Part shown: piece by piece, positions 1 through 9,646 of the stretch
How the letters are laid out: each line of letters begins with the position of its first letter
How positions within the stretch are numbered: the stretch's first letter is position 1
DNA from: Limisphaerales bacterium
GTDB taxonomy: Bacteria > Verrucomicrobiota > Verrucomicrobiia > Limisphaerales > AAA164-E04
DNA length: 64,000 nt
NCBI GenBank assembly: GCA_965203425.1
Contig: OZ241891.1
Location: 2,031,127 to 2,095,126, forward strand
Reading direction: 5' to 3'
Notes under the pieces: generated by a model
Told to the model about the DNA's origin: nothing
What the model saw: the letters and a program-made list of their open reading frames with translations, nothing else
Databases searched by the model: none
Translations under genes and position numbers: made by a program

Positions 1-1
1 C

Positions 2-916
2 GCCGAAGGCCTCATAGAACTCGCCACACTGCCGGACGCCGACGTCGTCCTCATCGCCATTGTCGGCATAGATGGATTAAAGCCGGCCCTAGCCGCCATT
101 CGCGCCGGCAAAGACATCGCCGTCGCTTCCAAAGAAATTCTGGTTATGGCCGGCGAAGTCGTCATGCAAGAAGCCAAAAAACACAACGCGCGCGTCTTAG
201 CCGTGGATAGCGAACACTCCGCCATTTTCCAATGCTTGGATGCCAAGCCGAAAGATTCCGTTCGCAAGCTTTGGCTCACTGCCTCCGGCGGCCCTTTTCG
301 AGAAAAGCCAAAAGAAGAATTTCCAAAAATCCAACTCCGCCAAGCCCTCCAACATCCCTCGTGGAAAATGGGCCGTAAAATCACCATTGACTCCGCCACC
401 ATGTTCAACAAAGGGCTCGAAATGATCGAAGCCCGTTGGCTTTTCAACATCGAAATTCCCCGAATCGAAGTCATCGTTCATCCGCAAAGCGTCATTCACT
501 CCATGGTGGAATTCATCGACGGCTCCATCCTTGCCCAGCTTTCCGCGCCGGACATGTGCCTGCCCATTCAATACGCCCTTACTTATCCCAAAAGAATCGG
601 CAGCCGGCGCGTCCAAACGAATTTTGCTCAGATCGCCTCCCTCAGCTTTGAAAAACCCGACTCCGAAAAATTTCCTTCCCTCAACTTGTCCCGTGAGGCC
701 GGTGCCGTCGGCGGCACTCTCCCCGCCGTCCTCAACGCCGCCAACGAAGTTGCCGTTGACGCTTTCTGTAAAGGCAATATCTCCTTTCCACAAATCACCG
801 AAACCGTCGCCCAAACCATGTCTGCGCACAAGCCCGTCCACTCCCCCGGCCTTTGGGAAATTTTGGACGCAGACCAATGGGCTCGATCCGCCGCCGCCCA
901 ACTTATTGCCAACTAG
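2..916 (+). CDS. dxr: 1-deoxy-D-xylulose 5-phosphate reductoisomerase, 5'-truncated by the window edge
   Basis: The frame is open from nt 2 (AEGLIELATLPDADVVLIAIVGIDGLKPALAAIRAGKDIAVASKE...) and runs into track ORF 146..916. Dxr-typical stretches are LAVDSEHSAIFQCL, LTASGGPFR, HPSWKMGRKITIDSATMFNKGLEMIEA and VHPQSVIHSMVEF. Stop is TAG 914-916. Confidence 0.9.
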   Translation, partial: AEGLIELATLPDADVVLIAIVGIDGLKPALAAIRAGKDIAVASKEILVMAGEVVMQEAKKHNARVLAVDSEHSAIFQCLDAKPKDSVRKLWLTASGGPFREKPKEEFPKIQLRQALQHPSWKMGRKITIDSATMFNKGLEMIEARWLFNIEIPRIEVIVHPQSVIHSMVEFIDGSILAQLSAPDMCLPIQYALTYPKRIGSRRVQTNFAQIASLSFEKPDSEKFPSLNLSREAGAVGGTLPAVLNAANEVAVDAFCKGNISFPQITETVAQTMSAHKPVHSPGLWEILDADQWARSAAAQLIAN

Positions 917-965
917 AAAAGAGAAATCCGCGCACGGTCGTGCTAAAAAACCGCTAAAAATCTCC

Positions 966-1400
966 ATGACCATCGAAGAACTCGTCGAGAATTTTGAAAT
1001 TCTAGAAGATTGGGATGACCGCTACGCCTATCTTATGGAACTCGGCCGCAAAATGCCCCCTATGAACGAAAGCGACAAAACCGAAGAAAACCGCGTCAAA
1101 GGTTGTCAGGCCACCGTTTGGCTCAAAGAAACTTTTGTGCCGGGAACTCCGAGCCGAATCGAATTCCTCGCCGATAGCAACTCCCAAATCGTCAAAGGCC
1201 TTATTGCCATGTTGAGGATCCTCTACTCCGGCAAAACGCCGCAAGAAATCCTGGCCATTAACGCCCAAGACATCTTCACTCGCATCGAACTGGATCGACA
1301 TCTTAGTCCCACGCGCAGCACCGGCCTTAACTCCATGGTGCAGAAAATCCGCTCTCTCGCCGAATCCTCTCTTACTAAAATTGCGAATTATAAATTCTGA
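966..1400 (+). CDS. sufE: cysteine desulfuration protein SufE
   Basis: ATG 966 lies inside the over-long track ORF 531..1400. The product starts MTIEELVENFEILEDWDDRYAYLMELG and has the SufE active-site context RVKGCQATVWL. Its ~144 aa is typical SufE size. Confidence 0.85.
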   Translation: MTIEELVENFEILEDWDDRYAYLMELGRKMPPMNESDKTEENRVKGCQATVWLKETFVPGTPSRIEFLADSNSQIVKGLIAMLRILYSGKTPQEILAINAQDIFTRIELDRHLSPTRSTGLNSMVQKIRSLAESSLTKIANYKF

Positions 1401-1612
1401 GATTCGAAGGCGGTTCATGGCTATAAGATTTGCGAGAAAGGATGCATTTTGTTTCGGTTTTTCAAGATCATTGAGATTTAAAAGAAGCGCAAAGTCACTC
1501 TCCACTGCCATTTCGCCGCTGAATAGCGAGCGGTTCGCGTCGCCACTGGTTGCGAATTCTACGGTTTTTGAGGATTGACGGTTGCAGGACGGTTGGGATT
1601 TGGAATTACGAA

Positions 1613-4600
1613 CTAGGAATGCGAACTCTGTTTAAGAGTTTGATCTTTGGCGGGCGGGCAGTTTTTGGCGGATTGGATCTGTTTTTCGTCCTTTTCAATG
1701 AGTTGATAGATTTGGTTGAGAGTGTTCCGGGTGATGGAAACGCCGCTAAGGTCGATGTGTTGCTCAGAGGTTTCGGTTTGGGAAGTTTGGGTTTGGTCGG
1801 ATTCGTAGCGCTTGAGGATTTGGCGGAGAATGGAGAGATTTTGTTTGAGCGGGGCGATTTCGGTTTGGAGGCGGCTCAAAGAGACGTCGGAGGCGGCGGA
1901 AGCAAGGGTTTGAGGCAGTTCGTTTGCCAGAGTGTTTTGAATTTCTTTCAAGGGCGCAGAGAGAGCGGTTAAGTCCGGCAAAGGAGCAAGGGATTCGAAG
2001 CGGCCTTGCAGGGTTTGCTGAATTCTTTGAAGGGCTTCGGCGAAAATGGCAAGCTGGGAAACGATGCGGCCAACGGGATCTGCGGGATCTGCTTGCCCCA
2101 TGATTTGATTCCGGCGGAAGACTTTTTTGATTTCTTCCCAGCGAATTTGGTCGATGTCCGAGAGCCATCCGTTGATTTCTCGAAATTTCAGCAGGTTCGA
2201 TTCCGCGCCGGAAGTAAGCGTTTGGGATTCGCTTTGATAATGATCGATCACCAGTTCTTGCACTTCTTGGTCGTTCATGATGGGCAAGATTTTTTCTGCC
2301 AAGCGGTTCATGTTTCGGTAGGAGCCTTGGAGTTTGAAAGGGGGTTCGGTTCGATAGGCGTCTTGTTGGCTGGCAGAGCGGATGTATTCCTGATTGACGG
2401 CGAGGACGACGTTGCGGACGCGAACGAGTTTGGAAAACACGTTGAGTATTTCGTTGATGGTTTCGACAGAATAGTTTCCCTCAAATTCAGCGCCGTCGCG
2501 CTCTCCGGTTTCAGCGATGCGGATGAAGGTGTGGAGGTCATGCCGGCTTTGGTTGCGCAAGGGGGAGAGAACGGGGTTGGAGGTAAGGGCGTTTTCTAGA
2601 TAGGAAGTTTCGAAGGCGTCTTCGTGATCGCCGATAACGTCGCCAAGGTTGTAAGTGTCGGCTCGGTTGGCCAGCATGTCGGGAACTTTGAACTTTTCTC
2701 CGCTTTCCGTGTAGGGGTTTCCAGCCATAACAACGGCGACTTTGCGTCCGCGCAAGTCGTAGGTTCGGGGTTGGTTGTTCCACACGCCTTCGATGCGCCG
2801 CTGACCGTCGCAGAGGGAGATGAACTTTTGAAGGAATTCCGGATGACAGTGCTGGATGTCGTCGAGGTATATCATCACATTGTCGCCTATCTCAAAGGAG
2901 AAGTTGAGTCGTTGAACTTCGGCGCGAGCGGCGGCATTGATGGCTTCGGCGGGGTCCAAGGAGGTGACCTGATGGCCTAAGGCGGGTCCGTTGATTTTGA
3001 CGAAGGTAATGCCCAGTCGGTGGGCGACGTATTCCATTAATGTAGTTTTGCCGTAGCCAGGCGGGCTAACGAGGAGGAGCAAGCCCATGAGGTCAGTTCG
3101 CTTGCCCGCTCCGGCGCTACCGATTTGCTTGGCCAGATTGTCGCCGATCAAAGGCAGAAACACTTGATCGATCAACCGGTTCCGAACGAAGGAAGTAAGG
3201 ACTCTCGGTTGAAATTCTTCCAGACGCATCGCCTGACGAGCGCTCTGGAGCAAGACTTGTTTCCGTTGCTGATACTGCCGATAAACGGCCGCCTCTTCCG
3301 CATCAAACCGACGCAAGCGCTCTGTAAATTCCAGAAAATCCAAAGTATATCGTCCGTCTTGAATTCGGGGATGCGCTCCGCGAAGTTCTTCGAGAAGAAC
3401 AACGGCGCTTTCGGAGCATACTGGCCGGAGATCTTTCGAAGCGGCGAACTGCACTATAGCTGCTTCATCAATGAATCGATGCTGTTCCGGCCGGCTGGCG
3501 TGCCTCACAAAGCCTCGCACCCAGTCTCGCACTAATTGAAATTCGCGCGCCGGTTCCGGCCTCACCGCCTCGCGAGCGGCGCGGTAATCGTCCCGCAAAC
3601 GGAGGCCTTCCAAGTGTTTCTCAAAGTTCCGGTGAATCTCCTTCGCTTCCCGGCTCACAATAAACGCCTCCTTCGAACAAAGTTGATGAAAGAGATAGAG
3701 CGCCGCTTCGGGAAACCGTTCAGCGGAAAATAAGGGACTCTTTCGATAAAAATCTTCGATCCCCGCCAGCAATGCCTTCACGTATTCCGCTTGCGTTTCT
3801 TCCCCCGGAAAGGCTTGGTTTTTCTCGCCAAAACTGCGAAGTTGCGCTTCCCAAAGGCTTCGTTGCTCTTGGTTCTCCAGCAGTTTCCAGTAAAGGCGAG
3901 CGCAAGCGCGGGCCGTTGGTTGAAAACGCGCCAAGCCAAGACTCCGCCAACAGCCGGCCAACGCGGTCAAGATTCGTTCGCCGTCCGCGTCGTGAACGCC
4001 CTTTTGATACGCCTCCGCATAACGCGGTTCCATGAATGCTTGAACTTGGCTCAAACGTTCGTCCGCCGGCGCTTGAAGATAGTCTTCCACAGAACCGCCT
4101 TCCACAAGACGCAAAAGCATTTGATGCGCCAAATACTCCGCCCGATAAACCGCCTTGTTCTCAGCCAAGCTCTCTTGCTCCCAGACCTCTTTGGTTTTCA
4201 AAAAATCGGGATCCTCCACCGGTTGAAAAAATCGAGTCCCCGTCAAGTGCAAATGCATGCGCCCCTCGCGGTGAATCATCGTCAAGTCCAAAGGCTGAAC
4301 GTTGACCGTAAACTCGTGTTCGCCGAATCGAATCCGATTTTGCCCCTCTACAAACAGCTCGTTTTTGTCGCGCAACTGGCGGACCGCGTCCTCTTGCGCC
4401 GTTTTCAAACGAACCGTTAATTCCTCCGCCTTGACGGAGTCTTCCAACTCGTGGAGTTGTCGAATGAGATCGCGGATCTTCTCGACCATGACGTCGGAGG
4501 CCATGTAGCCGTTGATATCATCCAAGCCGGCCATCCCGGCTAAGCGATTTTGAATTACGTTCAGAATCCGCTCGGCAGACGCCAACAACGCATTGGCCTT

Positions 4601-6901
4601 CTTGTTCCGCGCTTCAACCAGTTGAAGTTTCTTCGATTCAAAGGCTTCGTAAACTTCCGCGCGTTTGTCCGACAGCTGCGTCGTAAACTCGGGAAAATCC
4701 GAGTATTTTCCCTCCAGCTCTTCAATCTGCACGATCAATTTGTTCAAATACTCGTCGCACAAGTTCGGCGTGTTGCAAACGTCCAGATAGTGGAGCCCCG
4801 ACTGCGACAAGAGTTTTAGTTGCGCGTTAAACTGGGACGCGCCTTCAGCCGAAACCAAGCGACTCAATCGATTCTTAAGCGCCGTTTTGGCTTGGTTCAG
4901 CGTCGAATAAATCCGAGTAATCCGCTCAATAATCCGCGTGGATTCAGTGGCGTCCTCAATTTTAAGGTTGCTGACGATATCGATGAGCATTTCCAATTCT
5001 TCGCCCGATTGCTCCACCGCTTCCTGAAGTCGCCTTCCTTCAGAGGTTTTTCTCAATTTTTCCGTCTGCGCCAGCTGCGACTCGATTCGGCTTTGATAAG
5101 GCGCTAACGATTCAGGCCGCATTAGAAAGTCCACACAATGTTGCGACAGAACTTCGGTCTGGGAGGCCACCCGCCCTTCCAATACTTGAATCGCCGGCAA
5201 GTCCGCATAACGCAATTCCTTCAACGACAAGATTTCCCCGCGGGCTTTTCGCAGAGCGCTCAAGCGGCTCACAAACTCGTCGACGCCGGTCGGATCCCTT
5301 TGGGCAATTTTGCGAAGCAACGCCTCTGTTCCATCGCTGACTCGGGCAAACGAGGCTTCGGTTTCCTTCCGAATGCGGCGGACTTTTTCAAACTCGTCAA
5401 TAGCCCGGCTGGCCGTTTCTCGAATATGCTCCAAAGACTCGCGAAGATGAAACGCCTCCGCCTTGTCCACCCAAAAGTAAGTGTCCGCAATATCGCCCGT
5501 CGACCGCACAATATCCACATACAACTCCGCGTAAACCTCCTCTTTGCGAATCCAATTCAAAATATTGCGGCATTCCGCCATGCAACGAACCACGTCCCTA
5601 TTGCCAATCTTATATAAAAAGGATTCTTGATCCGCTTGTTTCTCATACTCGGCCGCGACATAAGGAGTCTGCCAAATTTGAATGGTATGATGTTTCTGCG
5701 CTTCCTCTTCACACTTGAAATAGGCAATCTCTCCATTCTGAAACAGGGAAAAGCCATTGCAAAGGATCGGATTTTCTACAGTTTGAGTAATCAAATTATA
5801 GGACATCAGCACGTAGTCTCCCAACATCCGATTGTAAAAAACATATAAGTAGTCCTCCCCATTGTTGGAAGCCACCAATCGCTCAAACAGCATTTCCGTT
5901 TTGTTGGTATCAAATCGCTTCAGCGCGCCGGTTTGCAAATAGTAGCCGTCGGAAAAAATAATGCCTTGATCTTCGGGAAGCCGCACGCAGGAATGTTCCA
6001 GAGCGTCGATCTTTTCCAATGTCTTTAGCTTGTCGTTAAATACAAAGTACCGAAAGCGCTTTTCTTGAAAGGGCCGAACTTTTAGCAGAATCAAATTGCC
6101 TATATTTGCGTAAAAAATCTCCGCATCGTCCAATGTTTGATCCTCATGCTCAACCGGCTCGGAGTATATGCCCTTGCCGCTTTCGGTGTTGTCTTCCACT
6201 TTGGCGATAAACCGCCCACCTGTGCAGGACACAAAAAGGCGGTCTCCTATGGAAATATGAGGATGGGCGCCGTCTCGGTGAAAATCTCGGTGCGTGCGCC
6301 TCCAGTCACATTCATACTGTTTGGGAAAGGAAAATTCATGATCGCTACGGTTGCCAATATAAGTTAAATCGTCGTCTTTAGCAAGCCACTTGAAGGTCTT
6401 TATATCCGACACTTGCTTCCCTACACGGAATACCATGAATAAAAAAGGACCTATAAAAGAGAATTTTACAAACTTCGTATTCTTGTAATACTTATAGAGA
6501 CTTTTAAAGTCGGCTTCAAACTGCCCCGTTTTCAATAAGTCTGCCGCCGACGCATGAAACCCCCCATCGCGGTATTCGTAGACCGCAAACACGTCCGACA
6601 GCCGGATTTCCGATTTGAGGCCGAAATGAACGTTGTAGCCGAACAGGAAGTGATTTTTCCCCACCGGCACCATATCGCGGGGCACGCAGTTATGTTCCGT
6701 CGTGATGCGCTCGGCTCGGAGTAGCGACAGAGGAATGGAACCGAACACGTTGCGTCGCAAGTCATTCAACTTGGCCAAGCGTTTGGATAATTCCTCGCCT
6801 TGGGCTTTCAAGCGGGCGCGGATGATTTCATAACTGCCGCCCTCCAGCGCAATGTTGTCCAGGGTGGCGACCGCTTCAGGGGAAGTGTCCGAATCCGACA
6901 T
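1613..6901 (-). CDS. 1762-aa protein with a single AAA+ (MoxR/dynein-like) ATPase module; function unknown
   Basis: Uninterrupted 5.3-kb ORF. Walker A is LLLVSPPGYGKTTL (GYGKT at nt 3044-3058, aa 1282-1286). Walker B is VMIYLDDIQH (DD at nt 2858-2863). These are followed by VVMAGNPYTESGEKFKVPDMLANRADTYNL. There is a long helical E/L/R/K/Q-rich middle and an unassigned ~430-aa N-terminal region. The start lies 26 nt downstream of the flotillin stop. Confidence 0.8.
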   Translation of the reverse strand: MSDSDTSPEAVATLDNIALEGGSYEIIRARLKAQGEELSKRLAKLNDLRRNVFGSIPLSLLRAERITTEHNCVPRDMVPVGKNHFLFGYNVHFGLKSEIRLSDVFAVYEYRDGGFHASAADLLKTGQFEADFKSLYKYYKNTKFVKFSFIGPFLFMVFRVGKQVSDIKTFKWLAKDDDLTYIGNRSDHEFSFPKQYECDWRRTHRDFHRDGAHPHISIGDRLFVSCTGGRFIAKVEDNTESGKGIYSEPVEHEDQTLDDAEIFYANIGNLILLKVRPFQEKRFRYFVFNDKLKTLEKIDALEHSCVRLPEDQGIIFSDGYYLQTGALKRFDTNKTEMLFERLVASNNGEDYLYVFYNRMLGDYVLMSYNLITQTVENPILCNGFSLFQNGEIAYFKCEEEAQKHHTIQIWQTPYVAAEYEKQADQESFLYKIGNRDVVRCMAECRNILNWIRKEEVYAELYVDIVRSTGDIADTYFWVDKAEAFHLRESLEHIRETASRAIDEFEKVRRIRKETEASFARVSDGTEALLRKIAQRDPTGVDEFVSRLSALRKARGEILSLKELRYADLPAIQVLEGRVASQTEVLSQHCVDFLMRPESLAPYQSRIESQLAQTEKLRKTSEGRRLQEAVEQSGEELEMLIDIVSNLKIEDATESTRIIERITRIYSTLNQAKTALKNRLSRLVSAEGASQFNAQLKLLSQSGLHYLDVCNTPNLCDEYLNKLIVQIEELEGKYSDFPEFTTQLSDKRAEVYEAFESKKLQLVEARNKKANALLASAERILNVIQNRLAGMAGLDDINGYMASDVMVEKIRDLIRQLHELEDSVKAEELTVRLKTAQEDAVRQLRDKNELFVEGQNRIRFGEHEFTVNVQPLDLTMIHREGRMHLHLTGTRFFQPVEDPDFLKTKEVWEQESLAENKAVYRAEYLAHQMLLRLVEGGSVEDYLQAPADERLSQVQAFMEPRYAEAYQKGVHDADGERILTALAGCWRSLGLARFQPTARACARLYWKLLENQEQRSLWEAQLRSFGEKNQAFPGEETQAEYVKALLAGIEDFYRKSPLFSAERFPEAALYLFHQLCSKEAFIVSREAKEIHRNFEKHLEGLRLRDDYRAAREAVRPEPAREFQLVRDWVRGFVRHASRPEQHRFIDEAAIVQFAASKDLRPVCSESAVVLLEELRGAHPRIQDGRYTLDFLEFTERLRRFDAEEAAVYRQYQQRKQVLLQSARQAMRLEEFQPRVLTSFVRNRLIDQVFLPLIGDNLAKQIGSAGAGKRTDLMGLLLLVSPPGYGKTTLMEYVAHRLGITFVKINGPALGHQVTSLDPAEAINAAARAEVQRLNFSFEIGDNVMIYLDDIQHCHPEFLQKFISLCDGQRRIEGVWNNQPRTYDLRGRKVAVVMAGNPYTESGEKFKVPDMLANRADTYNLGDVIGDHEDAFETSYLENALTSNPVLSPLRNQSRHDLHTFIRIAETGERDGAEFEGNYSVETINEILNVFSKLVRVRNVVLAVNQEYIRSASQQDAYRTEPPFKLQGSYRNMNRLAEKILPIMNDQEVQELVIDHYQSESQTLTSGAESNLLKFREINGWLSDIDQIRWEEIKKVFRRNQIMGQADPADPVGRIVSQLAIFAEALQRIQQTLQGRFESLAPLPDLTALSAPLKEIQNTLANELPQTLASAASDVSLSRLQTEIAPLKQNLSILRQILKRYESDQTQTSQTETSEQHIDLSGVSITRNTLNQIYQLIEKDEKQIQSAKNCPPAKDQTLKQSSHS

Positions 6902-6927
6902 AACGAATTTTCTTCAGAACCTTGAAA

Positions 6928-9018
6928 TCAGGCTTTTGTTTTCGCTGAATGTTCTCCCAAAACTTCGGCGCCGGTTTTTTCCGCCAAGCCCTTGTCGTTG
7001 GCCAACTGAAGTGCCCGTTGCATGGCGGACTTCGCCGTCCCGTCTGTTGTTTCCGCGATCATGCGCAACAGAAGCGCGGAAAGAGAGGTGTTCTTGAGGT
7101 CTTTGCTCGTCAAGCCGAATTGCTTTACCCAAGCCTGAAATTGGGATTGGAAGTATTCGGGGTCCCCGTTGAAAAATGTTTCTTTGACGTCGCTCAGCAC
7201 GCGGCTGTTTCTTACCGCGCGGTCGACGGCTTTGCCCTGCGTAATGGAGGAAACAATTTTGTCGAAGAAAGCTCCTTCGCCGCCTACAATGTCGATTCGC
7301 GCGCTCTTCAAGGCTTCGCCCACAATCTTTGCTTGTTCTTCGGCGATGCCCTTTTGCACGCGGATTGCGGCCATCTCAATTTCCTTGTCTTTATTCAACC
7401 GCAGTTTGAATTCTTCATGCTCGCGACCCACTCCGTCGAACAATTTCATGGCGTCCGCTTTTTCCGTAATGCCCTTTGCTTCGGCGCTGAATTTGAGTTG
7501 CATTACGTTGGCTTCGGCCTCACCTTGTTGCCGAACTGCCTCAGCGCGCGCCTGAGTGACGGACACTTCCGCCATTCCAACGGCGGCCTCATCCGCCGTC
7601 TTGGCTTCGGCGCGAAGTTTCACAGCCTTGGATTCTTTTTCGGCGGTTTTCTCTTCCGCTTCCGCCAGAACTAAAAGTTCTCCCGCCTTCAAATCGCTGG
7701 CTTCCCGATTCGCCTGTGCGGCCGTCAATTGTTGATACTTTTCTTCTTCCGCTTTGAGTTCGGCGGCTTTTTTGGCCGCTTCAGCCGCTTTGATGTCCCG
7801 CACCAGCGCCTCTTCGGCCGTCATCTCGGCGCGGGTGACTACCACTTTCTTTTCTCTATCGGCGGCGGCAAAAGCTTCTACGTCTTTGATTTTCTCCTGT
7901 TCGGCCACCACGGTTTTCTCCAACTCGACGCGTTCGCGGATGACTTCTTGAATGTTTTTCTTTTCAGTTTCGACTGTTTTCTCCTTCTCGATCTGCGCCA
8001 GCGTCACAATCCGTTCCCGCTCGGTGGCTTCCAGCAAGCGGTCTTTTTCCAGCCGCTCGGTTTCGATGGCGTTGGTGCGTTCTTTGTTTTTTTGCGCGAC
8101 GATGATTTGGCGGTTTTTGTTTTCTTCTGAAATCCCGATTTCCTGATCCGAGGCGATGCGGGCTTGCTCCGCCTTCAATCGCTCTTCTTCGCCGACTTTT
8201 TTGGCTTCGGCTTCCTCTCGTGCTTTGATGTTGGCGACTTCGCGTTTCTGCCGCTCTTCGGTTTCCGCCAGTTGTCTCTGCATCTCTAATATGGCCTCGC
8301 GAGCCTCGACGTTTTCCTTGGTAATGGTCTTTTCTTTGTTCTGTTGAATTTCGTTGGCCAGAATCTTCTGATCGGCGGTTAGCTTGGTAATCTTCTTGAT
8401 GCCTTCAGCATCGAGAATGTTGTTTTCATCCAGCTTGGTCAGAGGCGTCTGCTCCAAATAGTCAATGGCCGCATCATCCAACACAAATCCGTTCAAATCC
8501 GTGCCGACCACTTTGAGAATTTCCTCCTTGAATCGCTCTCGTTCGCTATACAAGTCGGTGAAGTCGAACTGTTTGCCGGCGGTTTTTAACGCCTCGGAGA
8601 ACTTGGCGTCAAAAAGCTCCACCAAAGCTTGCTGATCCGAAGCCCGCAAACAGCCAATGGACTGCGCCACCCGCAACACGTCCTCCGCCGTCTTGTTCAC
8701 CCGCACAAAGAAGGCCACCTTAATATCGGCGCGGATGTTGTCCATGCACACTAGGCCGTCTTCGCCGTGCCGATAGATTTCAATTCGTTTGACAGAAATA
8801 TCCATCTCTTCAAATCGATGGATCACCGGCACGACGACAATCCCGCTAAACGAAACCTTAGTGCCGCCGATGCCGTTGCGCACAATGGCTTTGCCCTGCT
8901 CAATCTTCCGATAGCATTTGACTACCAAAAGCGCCACGCCAATAAAAATAACCACCAGCGCAATCACCGCCGTAGCCCCCACCATCTGGGGAAATCCTTG
9001 TCCCAACAATGCTTCCAT
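6928..9018 (-). CDS. flotillin-family (SPFH/band-7) membrane protein, YqiK-like
   Basis: N-terminal TM segment VGATAVIALVVIFIGVALLVV. SPFH-like block KAIVRNGIGGTKVSFSGIVVVPVIHRFEEMDISVKRIEIYRHGEDGLVCMDNIRADIKVAFFVRVN. This is followed by ~400 aa of E/A/K-rich coiled coil. Confidence 0.85.
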   Translation of the reverse strand: MEALLGQGFPQMVGATAVIALVVIFIGVALLVVKCYRKIEQGKAIVRNGIGGTKVSFSGIVVVPVIHRFEEMDISVKRIEIYRHGEDGLVCMDNIRADIKVAFFVRVNKTAEDVLRVAQSIGCLRASDQQALVELFDAKFSEALKTAGKQFDFTDLYSERERFKEEILKVVGTDLNGFVLDDAAIDYLEQTPLTKLDENNILDAEGIKKITKLTADQKILANEIQQNKEKTITKENVEAREAILEMQRQLAETEERQKREVANIKAREEAEAKKVGEEERLKAEQARIASDQEIGISEENKNRQIIVAQKNKERTNAIETERLEKDRLLEATERERIVTLAQIEKEKTVETEKKNIQEVIRERVELEKTVVAEQEKIKDVEAFAAADREKKVVVTRAEMTAEEALVRDIKAAEAAKKAAELKAEEEKYQQLTAAQANREASDLKAGELLVLAEAEEKTAEKESKAVKLRAEAKTADEAAVGMAEVSVTQARAEAVRQQGEAEANVMQLKFSAEAKGITEKADAMKLFDGVGREHEEFKLRLNKDKEIEMAAIRVQKGIAEEQAKIVGEALKSARIDIVGGEGAFFDKIVSSITQGKAVDRAVRNSRVLSDVKETFFNGDPEYFQSQFQAWVKQFGLTSKDLKNTSLSALLLRMIAETTDGTAKSAMQRALQLANDKGLAEKTGAEVLGEHSAKTKA

Positions 9019-9019
9019 A

Positions 9020-9646
9020 TCAGTCTTCCAATTTTTTAATAAAGTATAAGTTCTTCTCCGTATCCTCCGAGTAAATTACCGCGCAATCGCCTTTGCGCAA
9101 AGCTTTCGCCTCATCCGCCGTCCGCACATTAATCTTGATCGGCATTCCCGTTTGCTCTATCTCCGCCTGCCCAGATTGAGCGTCCGCCCGCGAAGTAACG
9201 ACGCGGCATATCTTCCCCAGCAAAGGAACTTCTGCCGGCTCCTCACTACAACGAAATCGCCGAATCAAACAATGCGCCGGCAACACAATCGCTTTGGTCG
9301 CCACTACGCTCACCACAAAATTAGGAATGGCCAGCAATCCCGCCAACCACCACGCGTGGCCCGGATTAAAGTAATAATTCAACAGCATGGCTGACACCCA
9401 CATAAAAACAATCAGCAAACTCACTATCGCCATAAACGGCCCTTCGTCCGCATGAAAAAAACGCGCGGCCACATGCCCCCATCGCCCCCCGCCTTCGCCC
9501 TCCGCGTCAAAATCCAAGTCAAAATCGACCGCATCCACGTCCAACGCCCCGATAATCACCAAAAGCCAATACAGAAACACAAACCCAAACAGCACCGTGA
9601 AGGGCAAATTCACCAACTCAAACGCTTCAGCAATTAATTCCTGCAT
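9020..9646 (-). CDS. NfeD/YqiJ-like (DUF1449-type) inner-membrane protein with C-terminal OB-like domain
   Basis: Start moved to ATG 9646 (MQELIAEAFELVNLPFTVLFGFVFLYWLLVIIGAL); the track ORF begins at 9706. About three hydrophobic helices and an acidic loop DVDAVDFDLDFDAEGEGGG. C-terminal OB-like region GKICRVVTSRADAQSGQAEIEQTGMPIKINVRTADEAKALRKGDCAVIY. The stop lies 1 nt before the flotillin start. Confidence 0.7.
   Translation of the reverse strand: MQELIAEAFELVNLPFTVLFGFVFLYWLLVIIGALDVDAVDFDLDFDAEGEGGGRWGHVAARFFHADEGPFMAIVSLLIVFMWVSAMLLNYYFNPGHAWWLAGLLAIPNFVVSVVATKAIVLPAHCLIRRFRCSEEPAEVPLLGKICRVVTSRADAQSGQAEIEQTGMPIKINVRTADEAKALRKGDCAVIYSEDTEKNLYFIKKLED

Noticed and set aside
197-973. 258-aa minus-strand ORF opposite dxr. 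Similar long antisense ORFs include 1002-1511, 17049-17867, 20025-20672, 21749-22426, 41086-42177, 47966-49057, 58912-59667 and 61210-62013.
   Set aside because: These are shadow ORFs on the opposite strand of genes with strong family signatures. Their translations are low-complexity (G/R/P/A-rich) with no motifs. They are typical of moderately GC-rich DNA.
1536-1550. A gccactg string resembling the conserved core of cobalamin riboswitches, found in the sufE/ATPase convergent spacer.
   Set aside because: It is an isolated heptamer without the surrounding B12-element helices. It lies between two convergent 3' ends, where a riboswitch makes no sense.
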